Shown here: one piece after another, positions 44,637-54,787 of the stretch
How positions within the stretch are numbered: position 1 is the stretch's first letter
Layout of the letters: every line of letters starts with the position of its first letter
NCBI GenBank assembly: GCA_028714635.1
Contig: JAQTLZ010000003.1
Coordinates: forward strand, 21,237-85,236
Source of the DNA: Minisyncoccota bacterium
Lineage (GTDB): Bacteria > Patescibacteriota > Minisyncoccia > Phycocordibacterales > JAQTLZ01
Direction: 5' to 3'
Length of the DNA stretch: 64,000 nucleotides
Made by a program: the position numbers and the translations under genes
The notes under the pieces: generated by a model
What the model saw: only the letters and a program-made list of their open reading frames with translations
Told to the model about the DNA's origin: nothing
The model's database searches: none

Positions 44637-45353
44637 ATGATTGAAATCAAAGATGTCACAAAAACATACTCATCAGGAAATTTGGCGTTTCAAGCGCTTC
44701 GCGGAGTAAGCTTCTCGATTACTAATGGAGAATTTGTCGCAATTATGGGGCCGTCAGGTTCGGGGAAATCTACGCTCATGCACATCCTCGGAGCTCTCGA
44801 CACTCCCACTTCTGGAAAATATTTTCTAGATGGAAAAGATGTGAGTTTACTAAGCGATGATGAACTGGCAAACATACGAAGAGATAAAATCGGCTTTGTA
44901 TTCCAAGCTTTCAATCTTCTTCCGCGAGCCACCGTGCTTCGCAATGTGATGCTCCCGCTCGTATATGACGGAATAAAAAAAGAGGAACGGATAATTCGTG
45001 CACAGAAGGCATTAAAAGCCGCGGGACTCGAACAAGATCATTTTCTCCACCTTTCAAACCAGCTCTCTGGAGGACAAATCCAGCGCGTGGCAATTGCGAG
45101 AGCGCTTGTGAACAATCCGAAACTCATTCTCGCAGATGAACCGACCGGAAACCTTGATACAAAAACTGGAGAGATTGTGCTCGGCACATTCCAGCGTTTA
45201 AATGAAGAGGAGGGGCGCACCATTGTACTTATCACCCACGAATCGGATGTTGCGGAACATGCTGAAAGGATTATTCATATCAAAGACGGATTGGTATTAA
45301 GCGACAGCAAAAAGCATACGCGAAGAATTATTCACAAAAGCGAAACAAGATGA
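44637..45353 (+). CDS. ABC transporter ATP-binding protein, MacB/LolD type
   Basis: Walker A GPSGSGKST, signature LSGGQIQRVAIARAL, Walker B ILADEPTGNLD. Confidence 0.85.
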   Translation: MIEIKDVTKTYSSGNLAFQALRGVSFSITNGEFVAIMGPSGSGKSTLMHILGALDTPTSGKYFLDGKDVSLLSDDELANIRRDKIGFVFQAFNLLPRATVLRNVMLPLVYDGIKKEERIIRAQKALKAAGLEQDHFLHLSNQLSGGQIQRVAIARALVNNPKLILADEPTGNLDTKTGEIVLGTFQRLNEEEGRTIVLITHESDVAEHAERIIHIKDGLVLSDSKKHTRRIIHKSETR

Positions 45354-46561
45354 CAACGCTGGACATCCTTCAAGAAACATACACCGCTCTTTCTTCGAAC
45401 AAAGTTCGCACTAGCCTTACTATGCTCGGTATTGTGATAGGAATCGGCTCTGTGATTGCAATGGTCTCTATCGGACAGGGCGCAAAAGTACAAATACAAT
45501 CTTCAATTGAAAGTCTCGGTTCAAACCTTCTCACCATTTTGCCCGGAGTCGTACAGCCGGGACGAGGGCTCGTCTCGTCAGGAAGAGGTTCCGCTCAAAG
45601 TCTCAAAAATGAGGATGTGGATATTATAAAAACAATCGAAGGAATCGCCGCACTTTCTCCAGAATTATCGAGAAGGTTTCAAGTAAGCGCTCCAACAGGA
45701 AATAATACGAACACCACAGTAAATGGAGTTCTCCCGGCGTATCTCGAAGTAAAAAATCTCTCTGTTGCGGAGGGAAATTTCTTAAGCGACGCGAGCATAA
45801 GAAGCATCGGAAGAGAGGCCGTGCTTGGAGCAAATATTGCAAAAGATCTTTTTGGCGAGGCAGACCCGTTGGGAAAAACAATTCGCATAAACAATACTAT
45901 CTTTCGAGTTGTTGGAATATTGACAGCGAAAGGAGGTGCAGGATTTTCCGGACCAGATGATTTAGTTATCATTCCCCTCTCCACAATGCAGAAAGTCTTA
46001 AGCGGAGTGGATTATCTCTCCGCCCTCTATGTGAGCGTGACCGATAAAGAACAGATGAATACGGTGCGCGACCTCATAACCACCGCTCTCCTCGAAAAAC
46101 ACCGGGTGGACGAAGCTGATTTTTCCATCATTTCACAAGAGGATATCTTGGGCACACTTTCTACAGTAGTAAATACTTTTACATTATTCTTAGCTTCTAT
46201 AGCGGGAATTTCACTCGTAGTGGGAGGAATCGGAATTATGAACATGATGCTTACCACCGTCACTGAAAGGACGAAAGAGATAGGACTTCGCAAAGCGATC
46301 GGAGCGAAAAGAAGCGACATTAACACCCAGTTTCTTGTTGAAGCAATCGCACTTACTTTCATCGGAGGATTTATTGGGATTGTTCTGGGATGGTCAATCG
46401 CTTCTCTCGTGACCTATTTCGGCATCGTACAAACGCAAGTTTCGCTTTCTTCCGTGCTTCTGGCCTTTGGAGTTTCAACCGCAATCGGAATTATTTTCGG
46501 ATATTATCCGGCCCGTCGCGCGGCAAAGCTAAATCCAATAGAGGCTTTGCGGTATGAATAA
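45350..46561 (+). CDS. ABC transporter permease, MacB-type (periplasmic core domain + FtsX 4-TM)
   Basis: N-terminal TM, large periplasmic domain and C-terminal FtsX-like helices. Overlaps the ATPase gene by 4 nt. Confidence 0.8.
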   Translation: MTTLDILQETYTALSSNKVRTSLTMLGIVIGIGSVIAMVSIGQGAKVQIQSSIESLGSNLLTILPGVVQPGRGLVSSGRGSAQSLKNEDVDIIKTIEGIAALSPELSRRFQVSAPTGNNTNTTVNGVLPAYLEVKNLSVAEGNFLSDASIRSIGREAVLGANIAKDLFGEADPLGKTIRINNTIFRVVGILTAKGGAGFSGPDDLVIIPLSTMQKVLSGVDYLSALYVSVTDKEQMNTVRDLITTALLEKHRVDEADFSIISQEDILGTLSTVVNTFTLFLASIAGISLVVGGIGIMNMMLTTVTERTKEIGLRKAIGAKRSDINTQFLVEAIALTFIGGFIGIVLGWSIASLVTYFGIVQTQVSLSSVLLAFGVSTAIGIIFGYYPARRAAKLNPIEALRYE

Positions 46562-46566
46562 GGAAG

Positions 46567-48192
46567 CTAGAGAGTAAAAAGAATTCCTTCGTACGGCCGA
46601 AGTGTAATTTTATTTTTCTCCGACACGAGAGGAGCATTCATATAGGATGAACATACTATGTTAATATCCTTTTTTATCAGAACCAACTCTTCAACTACTG
46701 TTTCATTTGAAAAATTAAGCATAACAAACCATTCCTCTTTTTTTGTGTATCTCTTATAGAAAAAGATATCGGCGGACTTTGTGTCAAGCGGCATATATGC
46801 TCCATATCGTAGACATTCTGAAGCGTTGCGGTAATAGAGAAGCATTTTATAAAGGTAAAACATAGATTCCGGATTTGCCCTTTCTGTTTTAACGTTTACC
46901 TTCGCGTAGTCATCCGAAACAGGAAGCCACGGTTCCGCTTCCGAAAAGCCCGCATAGAGATCGTCCGACCATTGCATCGGTGTTCTTTCCGGATCCCGAA
47001 TAATCGAAGGATTCTCGATGAGCGTAGCGAAACCATCTTTCATCTTGTGTTTTGGAATAGCAACATCTCTCATCCCGATTTCTTCTCCGTAATAGACGAA
47101 GGCAGTTCCTCGAAGCGTAAGAAGCATAAGTGCAAGGAGACGCGTGCGATGTTCTCCAAAGCGCGTCAAAATCCTCTTATGGTCATGATTACCGAGCACG
47201 TAGGTCGGAATCCTGTTTGGACCCACAAGCTTATCGAACGCGTTTATAAATGAGCGATAACTTTCAGCAGACCAGGGCTCTTTGAAAATCTCGAAAAAAT
47301 TAAAATTGAAAGGCGCGTGATTGTGATAAGGGCATCCATCGTAGATCTTCATAAGTTTGGCCAAATTGAGATACGATTCTGTCACCACAAATATATCTTT
47401 GAATTTTTTCGAACATTCACAAATATAATTGATAACGCCCGCAACTTCAGGTTGATTCTCATCATACAAATGAAGGAAGGCGTCATAAGGAATATCAACA
47501 CCCGAAGCGAAATGCTTATTCACCGGGTCATCACGGAAACGCTCGTCTTCGATCGTGTGCGCGACTGCATCTACGCGAAAACCGTCAACTCCCCTTTTGA
47601 GCCAAAAATCAATTATCTTTTTAAATTCTCTCCGGACCTCTTCATTTCTCCAATTCAAATCTGGCTGGTGCGGGAGAAAATGATGGAGATAACATTGCCC
47701 AGTCGAAGGATCGGGTGTCCACGCTGGCCCGCCAGAAACAGCAAGCCAGTTATTCGGAGGTAGTCCTCCGGGCAGAGGATCTTTCCAAACGTACCAATCA
47801 CGCTTTGGGTTCGTTTTTGACATTCTCGCTTCCTGAAACCATGGATGTTCCCGGGAAGTATGATTGACCACCAAATCCATAATAATCTTAAGCCCCCGCT
47901 TGTGCGCCTCTACTATAAGCTTGTCGAAAATCCCGAGCGTTCCAAATCTGGGATCTATATTGCAATAATCCGTAACATCATAGCCGAAATCCTTCATCGG
48001 CGATGGATATACAGGTGAAATCCACAAAGCATCAACGCCCAGGGAATGCGGGCTGCCCCGAAAATAATCGAGCTTTGAAATAATACCTTCAAGGTCGCCA
48101 ATACCGTCTCCGTTCGAGTCTTGAAAGCTCCACGGATAAATTTGATAAATAACCGCGTTTTCGTACCACTTAGGACGATGAAACCAAAACAT
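46567..48192 (-). CDS. GH13 alpha-glucosidase (oligo-1,6-glucosidase / trehalose-6-P hydrolase-like)
   Basis: WWKNAVIYQIYPWSF-like start (WYENAVIYQIYPWSFQDSNGDGIGD), GVDALWISP, GFRVDAV and the NHD motif. Confidence 0.85.
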   Translation of the reverse strand: MFWFHRPKWYENAVIYQIYPWSFQDSNGDGIGDLEGIISKLDYFRGSPHSLGVDALWISPVYPSPMKDFGYDVTDYCNIDPRFGTLGIFDKLIVEAHKRGLKIIMDLVVNHTSREHPWFQEARMSKTNPKRDWYVWKDPLPGGLPPNNWLAVSGGPAWTPDPSTGQCYLHHFLPHQPDLNWRNEEVRREFKKIIDFWLKRGVDGFRVDAVAHTIEDERFRDDPVNKHFASGVDIPYDAFLHLYDENQPEVAGVINYICECSKKFKDIFVVTESYLNLAKLMKIYDGCPYHNHAPFNFNFFEIFKEPWSAESYRSFINAFDKLVGPNRIPTYVLGNHDHKRILTRFGEHRTRLLALMLLTLRGTAFVYYGEEIGMRDVAIPKHKMKDGFATLIENPSIIRDPERTPMQWSDDLYAGFSEAEPWLPVSDDYAKVNVKTERANPESMFYLYKMLLYYRNASECLRYGAYMPLDTKSADIFFYKRYTKKEEWFVMLNFSNETVVEELVLIKKDINIVCSSYMNAPLVSEKNKITLRPYEGILFTL

Positions 48193-48225
48193 ACTTTTAT
48201 TATAACGCAGATTCTGAAATCTATC

Positions 48226-49377
48226 TCAGCCGTTTTTATGATCTTTCCAGTGTTTCTCCCAAATGAGCTCGTGTAGTTTTGCAAAAAGTTTCTCAGCTTT
48301 TAATTTTATCTTTTCATCAACATTTGAAAGTGCGCGCACCGCGAGAAGAAGCTGTTTCGCCCCCTTTTCAATTTCTGTCGGATTCCAAGAGACTGGAGAA
48401 AACGGACCGATCTTCCTTTCGCTCGCCCACCACCATGCACAACTTGCTACTCCTTTGTCGGCATACTTTCTTGCTTTTCCATATTCTAAATCTCCCTGCG
48501 CGCCTTCGACAGTTTTAAGGACAAAGTTCCTAAACAGATTGAGGCGTTTATGAATCATATTTCTTGGGTCGTTCCAAAGTCCAAAAGGAATTTTCTCGGC
48601 AAGTTCTTCTTTGGTGGATTCCCAGCTTGCCTCGCGAACCGAAATAGTTTCGCTTTTAGAGAGTCGAGAAAGATATTCAGAAGCTGCAAGAGTCTTCACC
48701 TCCATGTCGGTGAAAATACGTTCATAAAATCCCCTATCGTCTGTATGCCAATGTCCGTAGAGTTCTCCATCATGAAGCGTGACAATATAATCACCCAGAA
48801 TTTTCGCCTTATTTTGAGAAATATATTCAGGAGGAAATGTTTTCGAGAATTCAGTATTGCGAAAAATGACATTCAGTCCGTTGCCTTTTAAGACGTATCT
48901 GACTTCCGGATTCACTTTGGCTTCCGTGTGGGTTTCATCGAGAACAAGGAAAGTAAACCCGAGCTTTTTCAAGACGCTCGCGACTTTTTTCCCGTAGGCA
49001 AGTTCGGGCAGATAAAAACCGGCCGTTTTATATGCATTTCCAAAATATTTTTTCAAAACATCTTCATTCAGTTGTATCTGCCGTTCTATTTCTTTTTTCG
49101 ACAAAAGCGGAAGTATTGGATGATACATCGCGCTCCCGAGAAGTTCGATCCTCCCCTCATCGGCGAATTTTCGAATACCAAGAAGTATGTCCGCCCTCCC
49201 GTATTTCTCTAAGAGCTCAACAAGCGAACCGTTAATATTTAAAGTAATCTTAAGATTGGGATATTTTTCGAGAAGCTTCAAAATAAGCGAGTAGCTCTCA
49301 TTTGAAACTTTTTCTATCACCTCCTTCTCCTGCGTCGGCGGCTGATAGATATGCAAAATGTTGACCCAATACTTCAT
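48226..49377 (-). CDS. Probable GH57-family alpha-glucan-active enzyme (amylase / branching-enzyme family)
   Basis: N-terminal LHIYQPP resembles the GH57 HQP region, and the gene sits between glgA and a GH13 gene. Assignment is tentative. Confidence 0.45.
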   Translation of the reverse strand: MKYWVNILHIYQPPTQEKEVIEKVSNESYSLILKLLEKYPNLKITLNINGSLVELLEKYGRADILLGIRKFADEGRIELLGSAMYHPILPLLSKKEIERQIQLNEDVLKKYFGNAYKTAGFYLPELAYGKKVASVLKKLGFTFLVLDETHTEAKVNPEVRYVLKGNGLNVIFRNTEFSKTFPPEYISQNKAKILGDYIVTLHDGELYGHWHTDDRGFYERIFTDMEVKTLAASEYLSRLSKSETISVREASWESTKEELAEKIPFGLWNDPRNMIHKRLNLFRNFVLKTVEGAQGDLEYGKARKYADKGVASCAWWWASERKIGPFSPVSWNPTEIEKGAKQLLLAVRALSNVDEKIKLKAEKLFAKLHELIWEKHWKDHKNG

Positions 49378-49385
49378 ACAAGAAA

Positions 49386-50918
49386 TTATTTGCCATTCCC
49401 TCCTCCATTCCTCATAAACTTCTTCTTGAGCCGTATTGTGGTCTTATAGAGTTCAATATATTTTTGCGCTGGAATTATCCAAGAATTCGCCTGCTGAAGT
49501 CCGAAGACAACAAGAGCTTTCCATGTATCTTTATATTTGTATGTCTCAAGTGCACGAACGATTGCAATCAAGAGATTTCCGGAGTCATACCGAGTGAATG
49601 TAAACCCGTTTCCGGTTTGCTCGTACGGATCAAAATCAGTGATAGTGTCTGCCAATCCGCCGATATGGTGGACGATTGGAATACATCCATAACGAAGAGC
49701 AATGAGCTGATTGATTCCGCACGGCTCAAAACGCGATGGAAGAAGAAACATATCTGACCCCGCATAAAGAGAAGTCTCCATATCGCTATCAAAAGGAACA
49801 AATGCGAACTTTTTCGGAAATTCTTTTTCCGCAGCTGAAAGCGTGTCGCTGAGCGCCTTATCTCCATCCCCCATAATGATAATCTGTGCATTCAAACGCA
49901 AAATGGTAGAGACTACCAGAGAAAAAAGGTCGAAACCTTTCTGATTGGTAATGCGAGATGTCATGCAGATAAGAGGTACAGACTCATCTACTTCCAAACC
50001 GTACTTTTTCTGAATATAAAGCTTATTGTCTTTTTTTCTATTCGCAGATTTGTCGCTATAATGTTGAACAAGACCCGGATCAGTGAGCGGATTGTAATCA
50101 TCGTAATCAATACCATTTACAATTCCAAAAACAATTTTTTCTCGATTTTTAAGAACACGATTCAACTCCTGACCGAAGTCTTTGGTCATGATCTCTTCTC
50201 GATATGTTTCTGATACAGTATTGATCGCATCAGCGTTCATAATCGCGCGCTTTGCGAAATTGATTTTCTCTACCCTATCGATATCATCAAACGTCGGCAA
50301 GGAAGAAGTGCCGGGATCGCGCTCACCCTCAGGAATAGCCCACCAATCATGCCCGAGCTGGAATGCAAGATTGTGTATAGTGAAAAGGCACGCAGTATCA
50401 TGCCAAAATTCGTCTTTTTTATATCGTCCGCGCAAAAAATAAGGAATGAGGCCGGTGTGCCAATCGTGACAATGAAGCACATTCGCCTTTAGATCAAGTA
50501 GTTTAAGAAGATGAAGCGCGGCAACATCAAAGAAAAAGAAGCGGGCATTATCGTTTACCGCTCCATATAGAGTGTTTCTTTCGCCGAAAAATTTCTTGCT
50601 TGCCACAAAATACACGGGCACATCGCTTGATGGAAGCATACCCTTCAAGAAACTCACCTCCTCCCAAATTCCGGGAGAAAGTTCTATATGCTCATTTTCA
50701 GCGACAACTTCGAGCGTCTGGCCTTCGATATTGACGATATTCTCGTAGTAAGGAGTGATGATAAGAACGTTATGGCCAAGTTCTCTGTGAGCACGAGGAA
50801 GAGAGCCTCCGATCGTGGCTAAACCACCACTTTTGGAAAAAGGTTGAACCTCCGAGATGATATGGGCGATTGTAAGGCGTTGGCGCATAAAATGTGCGAA
50901 TGGGTACAACAATACCAC
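49386..50918 (-). CDS. glgA: Glycogen (alpha-glucan) synthase, GT5
   Basis: PFSKSGGLATIGG (compare KTGGLADV), HCHDWHT and EPCGINQL motifs. The true start is probably the internal MRQRLTIAHII at 50888. Confidence 0.8.
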   Translation of the reverse strand: MVLLYPFAHFMRQRLTIAHIISEVQPFSKSGGLATIGGSLPRAHRELGHNVLIITPYYENIVNIEGQTLEVVAENEHIELSPGIWEEVSFLKGMLPSSDVPVYFVASKKFFGERNTLYGAVNDNARFFFFDVAALHLLKLLDLKANVLHCHDWHTGLIPYFLRGRYKKDEFWHDTACLFTIHNLAFQLGHDWWAIPEGERDPGTSSLPTFDDIDRVEKINFAKRAIMNADAINTVSETYREEIMTKDFGQELNRVLKNREKIVFGIVNGIDYDDYNPLTDPGLVQHYSDKSANRKKDNKLYIQKKYGLEVDESVPLICMTSRITNQKGFDLFSLVVSTILRLNAQIIIMGDGDKALSDTLSAAEKEFPKKFAFVPFDSDMETSLYAGSDMFLLPSRFEPCGINQLIALRYGCIPIVHHIGGLADTITDFDPYEQTGNGFTFTRYDSGNLLIAIVRALETYKYKDTWKALVVFGLQQANSWIIPAQKYIELYKTTIRLKKKFMRNGGGNGK

Positions 50919-50932
50919 ATTTTAAGCCAATT

Positions 50933-51388
50933 TCAAAGGGGCATTAGGCGAGTACGAATCGGATGGAGATGAGCGGCAATACCTATAGCTACCGCAATAA
51001 TAGCGATGTTTTTGATGATATATTGACCTTCGAGAGTGGGCACCAAAACTGCCGTCCAGACCATTTTCGGCAGAATAAAGAGGGGAAGCATAGTTGTAAT
51101 CATGTGAATGAAAAGAAGCGGAATAACTACCCTCTCGAGCCCCGGGATAAGAAAAAGAATTCCGATAAGCATTTCAAAAAGGCCAAAAAATATAAGAAAT
51201 GTCGGCGGATCCATAAAAGGCATAGTTGAGTGAAGGAGCGTCTTGACCATGACTGACGCAGGACTAAGTCCGAGTACTTTCAAAAAACCAAACCAGAAAA
51301 AAACCAGAAAAATAGAAAACCTTGCGAGGGGAATTGAAATCCTTCTTACAAAATGGAGAATCTGGAGGTCTATCCGTTTTATATTCAT
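50933..51388 (-). CDS. Small 4-TM membrane protein (DoxX-like)
   Basis: Hydrophobic profile, adjacent to a clear DoxX paralog. Confidence 0.4.
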   Translation of the reverse strand: MNIKRIDLQILHFVRRISIPLARFSIFLVFFWFGFLKVLGLSPASVMVKTLLHSTMPFMDPPTFLIFFGLFEMLIGILFLIPGLERVVIPLLFIHMITTMLPLFILPKMVWTAVLVPTLEGQYIIKNIAIIAVAIGIAAHLHPIRTRLMPL

Positions 51389-51424
51389 CCTTCTATTTTA
51401 GATAAAATCTGTTCAAAAGAAAAC

Positions 51425-51823
51425 CTAGACCACCATTTGCCTCTTCTTTGCTAAATAACCATCGAGCGACAATTCATTAGGTTCTCCCATTGCCATTGAG
51501 AGAGCGGCCATTCCCAATCCAAAATCCCGGACTCCAACGGCACCGTAGCCCAAAGTGTATGCAATGTGGAAGATATGGAGCGCCACAAGAAAAGCAACAA
51601 TTCTTGTTTGAAATCCAACAAGAAGCGCGAGACCGAAGATAATTTCAAACCAACTATTGATAGCAATGAGAGTAAGGGGTGTAAATGGGAGTGATGCTGT
51701 CCATGCAGGTAGAATTCTCACCCACATCTGCGGATGTAAGAGCTGTTGAAAACCAAACCACAAAACGACGAGACTAATACCGACGCGAAGCACAAGCGGA
51801 GCATATTTTTTCATATTCTTCAT
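51425..51823 (-). CDS. DoxX-family membrane protein
   Basis: LRVGISLVVLWFGFQQL... matches the DoxX consensus (LRxxLGxxFLxxGxxKL). Confidence 0.6.
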   Translation of the reverse strand: MKNMKKYAPLVLRVGISLVVLWFGFQQLLHPQMWVRILPAWTASLPFTPLTLIAINSWFEIIFGLALLVGFQTRIVAFLVALHIFHIAYTLGYGAVGVRDFGLGMAALSMAMGEPNELSLDGYLAKKRQMVV

Positions 51824-51835
51824 AATAAAAATTAA

Positions 51836-52243
51836 TTATTTTAAAACTCCAATAAAAAGAGATGCGAGCTCTGCTTCCGGACGCGCTTGTCCTCCATGCA
51901 TAGCTGTAAAGGCAGCTGTCCCATCTTTCCCGCAAAGAGAGAGAATTGCTTCTCGTCCGCCTGGGTGCTGGTCTATCCAACTGGTAAGATCGTACACCTT
52001 CGCATTTATCGTCGTATAGCAACTCTGTGCATTAGCGTGCGCTGCCACATCAGCAAGTGAGTACTCCCGAGATCCACTTGAAACAGGAGAACCGGAAGGA
52101 CTTTCACTCGGGACAGGTGTCTCGGTTGAACCAGTTAAAGTCGGAGAAGGGCTTGGCGAAGTTGCAGTCTGGCTTGAAAATAAGAAAATACCTCCAACAA
52201 GCAAAAGAACAACAATAATACCCAGAATGATTTTAGAGTTCAT
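51836..52243 (-). CDS. Membrane-anchored cytochrome b5-like heme-binding domain protein
   Basis: N-terminal TM, S/P/T linker, then YDLTSWIDQHPGG (the HPGG heme-ligand motif). Confidence 0.6.
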   Translation of the reverse strand: MNSKIILGIIVVLLLVGGIFLFSSQTATSPSPSPTLTGSTETPVPSESPSGSPVSSGSREYSLADVAAHANAQSCYTTINAKVYDLTSWIDQHPGGREAILSLCGKDGTAAFTAMHGGQARPEAELASLFIGVLK

Positions 52244-52297
52244 CGGAAAAATTGCTTAGTATTAATATCTCATTATAGCAGAAAATCTGCCTCGCAA

Positions 52298-52927
52298 CTA
52301 TTTTCTGCTTGCGAGAGCAACTTTGATACCGAGAATGATAAGTACGGCACCAGTTACCCGCTCGATATGATGTTGCACTTTTGAGATCCTTGCTTTGATA
52401 AGCGGATTCGAGAAAAACACAGAAACAAGCGAGAACCACATAAAAGTCATCGCTACCATTTCAATACCGTACAAGCTCTCGATAAATCTTGGTGTTCCTG
52501 GATTTATGACTTGAGTGAAAAGAGCGAGCATAAAAAGCGTAACCTTCGGATTTAATACATTCGTGAGAAATCCGATTCGAATCGCAGACAATGGACTCAT
52601 TTCTTTTTCAACTTTCAGAATCTCTTCCACTTTCTCAGCTTGAGGCTTTGCTCGGAGAGACTTATATCCAATATAAATAAGATATCCTGCACCAAGATAT
52701 TTTATAATGCTAAACAAAAGGATCGATTGTGAGATAAGAAGCCCGATACCAAAAAGACAGTAGGTAACGTGCATCGCAATCCCAATGGCCAATCCAATAG
52801 AGGTATATACCCCCACTTTTCTTGAATAGATGATGCTATTTCTTGTCACCACAACAAAATCAGGTCCAGGACTCATGACAGCAAGAAGATGAACTATGAC
52901 AACAGTGAAAAATTGAGCTAGATACAT
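52298..52927 (-). CDS. LysE/RhtB-family amino-acid exporter
   Basis: 6 TM, with the N-terminal motif LLAVMSPGPDFVVV typical of LysE translocators. Confidence 0.7.
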   Translation of the reverse strand: MYLAQFFTVVIVHLLAVMSPGPDFVVVTRNSIIYSRKVGVYTSIGLAIGIAMHVTYCLFGIGLLISQSILLFSIIKYLGAGYLIYIGYKSLRAKPQAEKVEEILKVEKEMSPLSAIRIGFLTNVLNPKVTLFMLALFTQVINPGTPRFIESLYGIEMVAMTFMWFSLVSVFFSNPLIKARISKVQHHIERVTGAVLIILGIKVALASRK

Positions 52928-52958
52928 TCTTTTATCTTAGTGAAAAGAAGGATGTGGG

Positions 52959-53456
52959 TCAAACCTTAAGCAACCAACCGATAGCAAAGCCTGCAAGCGC
53001 ACTCAAAATACCGATAATCAGAATCTCGAGGCCGCCACGCAATTTGCCTCTCCCCATTTCTTCAGCATTTCGAGCTCCAAATCCAAAGAGGACAAGCGCT
53101 GCTCCGCCCATTGAGACCACCATGCTGACAGAAGTAGAAAAGAATAAGAACGAGACGAGAGGAATGAGCGAACCTAAAAGTGCAGAGAATCCGATGATAA
53201 AAGAGCTGAAAATGAGCTCGTGAGTGTTCATTGTATTTCTTCTTCCAGTATCAGCGAGCGAAGAAGTATACCCGACCCCGCCCATAGCTATGGCTTCAGA
53301 AAAGCCGGCGGCAAGACCGGCGATGAGAATCACTCTCGTAGAAGCGCCGGAAGCAAAAAGTCCGAGGGAAAGACCGAGCACATTCACCAATCCATCTTGT
53401 CCGCCAAGAATGACATCTCGTAGTTCTATTTTTTTGTTTTTAAATATGATGAGCAT
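52959..53456 (-). CDS. VIT1/CCC1-family membrane protein (short form)
   Basis: ELRDVILGGQDGLVNVLGLSLG resembles the VIT-family ANDG(L/I)VS motif. Confidence 0.5.
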   Translation of the reverse strand: MLIIFKNKKIELRDVILGGQDGLVNVLGLSLGLFASGASTRVILIAGLAAGFSEAIAMGGVGYTSSLADTGRRNTMNTHELIFSSFIIGFSALLGSLIPLVSFLFFSTSVSMVVSMGGAALVLFGFGARNAEEMGRGKLRGGLEILIIGILSALAGFAIGWLLKV

Positions 53457-53466
53457 ATCTTTAATA

Positions 53467-53973
53467 TCATTTCACCACTTTGTAATGCAGCTGAATTTCA
53501 TTATCAGTAATTTTCTTTGAATCAATAAATTCTAGCTTCCTCTCGAAATCTAGACCATTGAAAAGCGGAATTCCCTTCCCCATGATCATTGGTTCGATAT
53601 CAAGATAGATCTCATCTACCAAATTTTCTGAGAGAAATGAGGCGTTCAGAACCCCGCCGCCAGCAACGATGACTGTCTTAAAATTTCTTAATAATTCAAG
53701 AGCTTCTTTCGGAGAGTGCGCAACAAAATGATTAGGACTTAACGTCTTGAAATCTTGATGCGAAACCACTATCACTTTTACAGCCTCGAGCTCTGCAGGT
53801 CCAGGCTGCTTTGTAATGATTTGATACGTCCTGTGTCCCAAAATAATATTACCCGACGTTTGCACCGAAGCGTTGAAACTATTCCACTCCTCTTTTGATA
53901 TCCAGCTCGTATCATCATTACCTTTCGCAATGAGGCCGTTCGCCGTTGTCGCCATATAAAGAATTACTTTCAT
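53467..53973 (-). CDS. Dihydrofolate-reductase-family protein (RibD C-terminal-domain type)
   Basis: MKVILYMATTANGLIAKGND...IILGHRTY...IVAGGGVLNASFL, the RibD_C/DHFR-like fold pattern. Confidence 0.6.
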   Translation of the reverse strand: MKVILYMATTANGLIAKGNDDTSWISKEEWNSFNASVQTSGNIILGHRTYQIITKQPGPAELEAVKVIVVSHQDFKTLSPNHFVAHSPKEALELLRNFKTVIVAGGGVLNASFLSENLVDEIYLDIEPMIMGKGIPLFNGLDFERKLEFIDSKKITDNEIQLHYKVVK

Positions 53974-54060
53974 AATAGAAAATTATAGCAGAGTTTTTGA
54001 AGAAAAAATCGCCCACTACTCTGCGCACATTAGGACGTATAGACTGAGAACCCAAAAATG

Positions 54061-54095
54061 AAAAACAGTCTACTGAAAGACTGTTTTTCATTTTT
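54061..54095. terminator. Bidirectional intrinsic terminator (AAAAACAGTCT-ACTGAA-AGACTGTTTTT)
   Basis: Perfect 11-bp stem flanked by A-run and T-run, between minus-strand genes 54119..54724 and 53467..53973. Confidence 0.7.
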
Positions 54096-54118
54096 AGATT
54101 ATTTTTACAAGGCGTTCC

Positions 54119-54724
54119 TTAAGAAGAACAAAGTTCACCGAGCATCTTAGGACCAACAACTCCTATCCGGCCACGACCATGTGCGAACTGATAGTCTTCA
54201 ACTTTTTTCATCGTCAGTCGAAGAAACTTAGTCGTATAGTGAGTCAAACCAGTGTCTTTAAAAAAGTCAGACAGCGAAGGCCAGAGCAGTTCTTGCAATG
54301 CTGTTACGCGAGGCCCTTCTGATCGAAAGAAGAGCGAACTAAGAGAACTGCAGAGAACTTGTTGAGCTGTTAATCCTTGACCTGATCCGGAACCACCACC
54401 GCCACCTCCATTTCCACCCTGAACATTCGGGTTGTTGCTGAACCCCGGAGTAAGTCCTGGGGGACAAGGAGCACCGGTGCTTGGACTGTAGCTATCTGGG
54501 TAGACACAATCAGTCGGAACGGGAAGAACTCGAGCTTGTGGCGCTGCCCGTCCTCCTGATGTATGGTGACGGACTGGAGTTGGAGTGACTTCTTCAGAAC
54601 CAAAGGCAATGCCTTGTCCTGGATCATTTACAAAAACCTTCTGAATATAAAACGGCAAGATAAAGAGAAATAAAGAAGCCACCAATATCCCTCCAATTAT
54701 TTTAGATTTAGACATTTTTATCAA
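54119..54724 (-). CDS. Secreted protein with a C-terminal peptidoglycan-binding (PG_binding_1-like) domain and a Gly-rich linker
   Basis: N-terminal TM, a GGNGGGGGGSGSG linker, then VTALQELLWPSL...DYQFAHGRGRIGVVGPKMLGEL (PG_binding_1 pattern). Confidence 0.5.
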   Translation of the reverse strand: MIKMSKSKIIGGILVASLFLFILPFYIQKVFVNDPGQGIAFGSEEVTPTPVRHHTSGGRAAPQARVLPVPTDCVYPDSYSPSTGAPCPPGLTPGFSNNPNVQGGNGGGGGGSGSGQGLTAQQVLCSSLSSLFFRSEGPRVTALQELLWPSLSDFFKDTGLTHYTTKFLRLTMKKVEDYQFAHGRGRIGVVGPKMLGELCSS

Positions 54725-54787
54725 GTTATATTCTAATAATCATATTGTACTTCAATCCAAGAAAAAAGAAAGAAACCTGTGGATAAC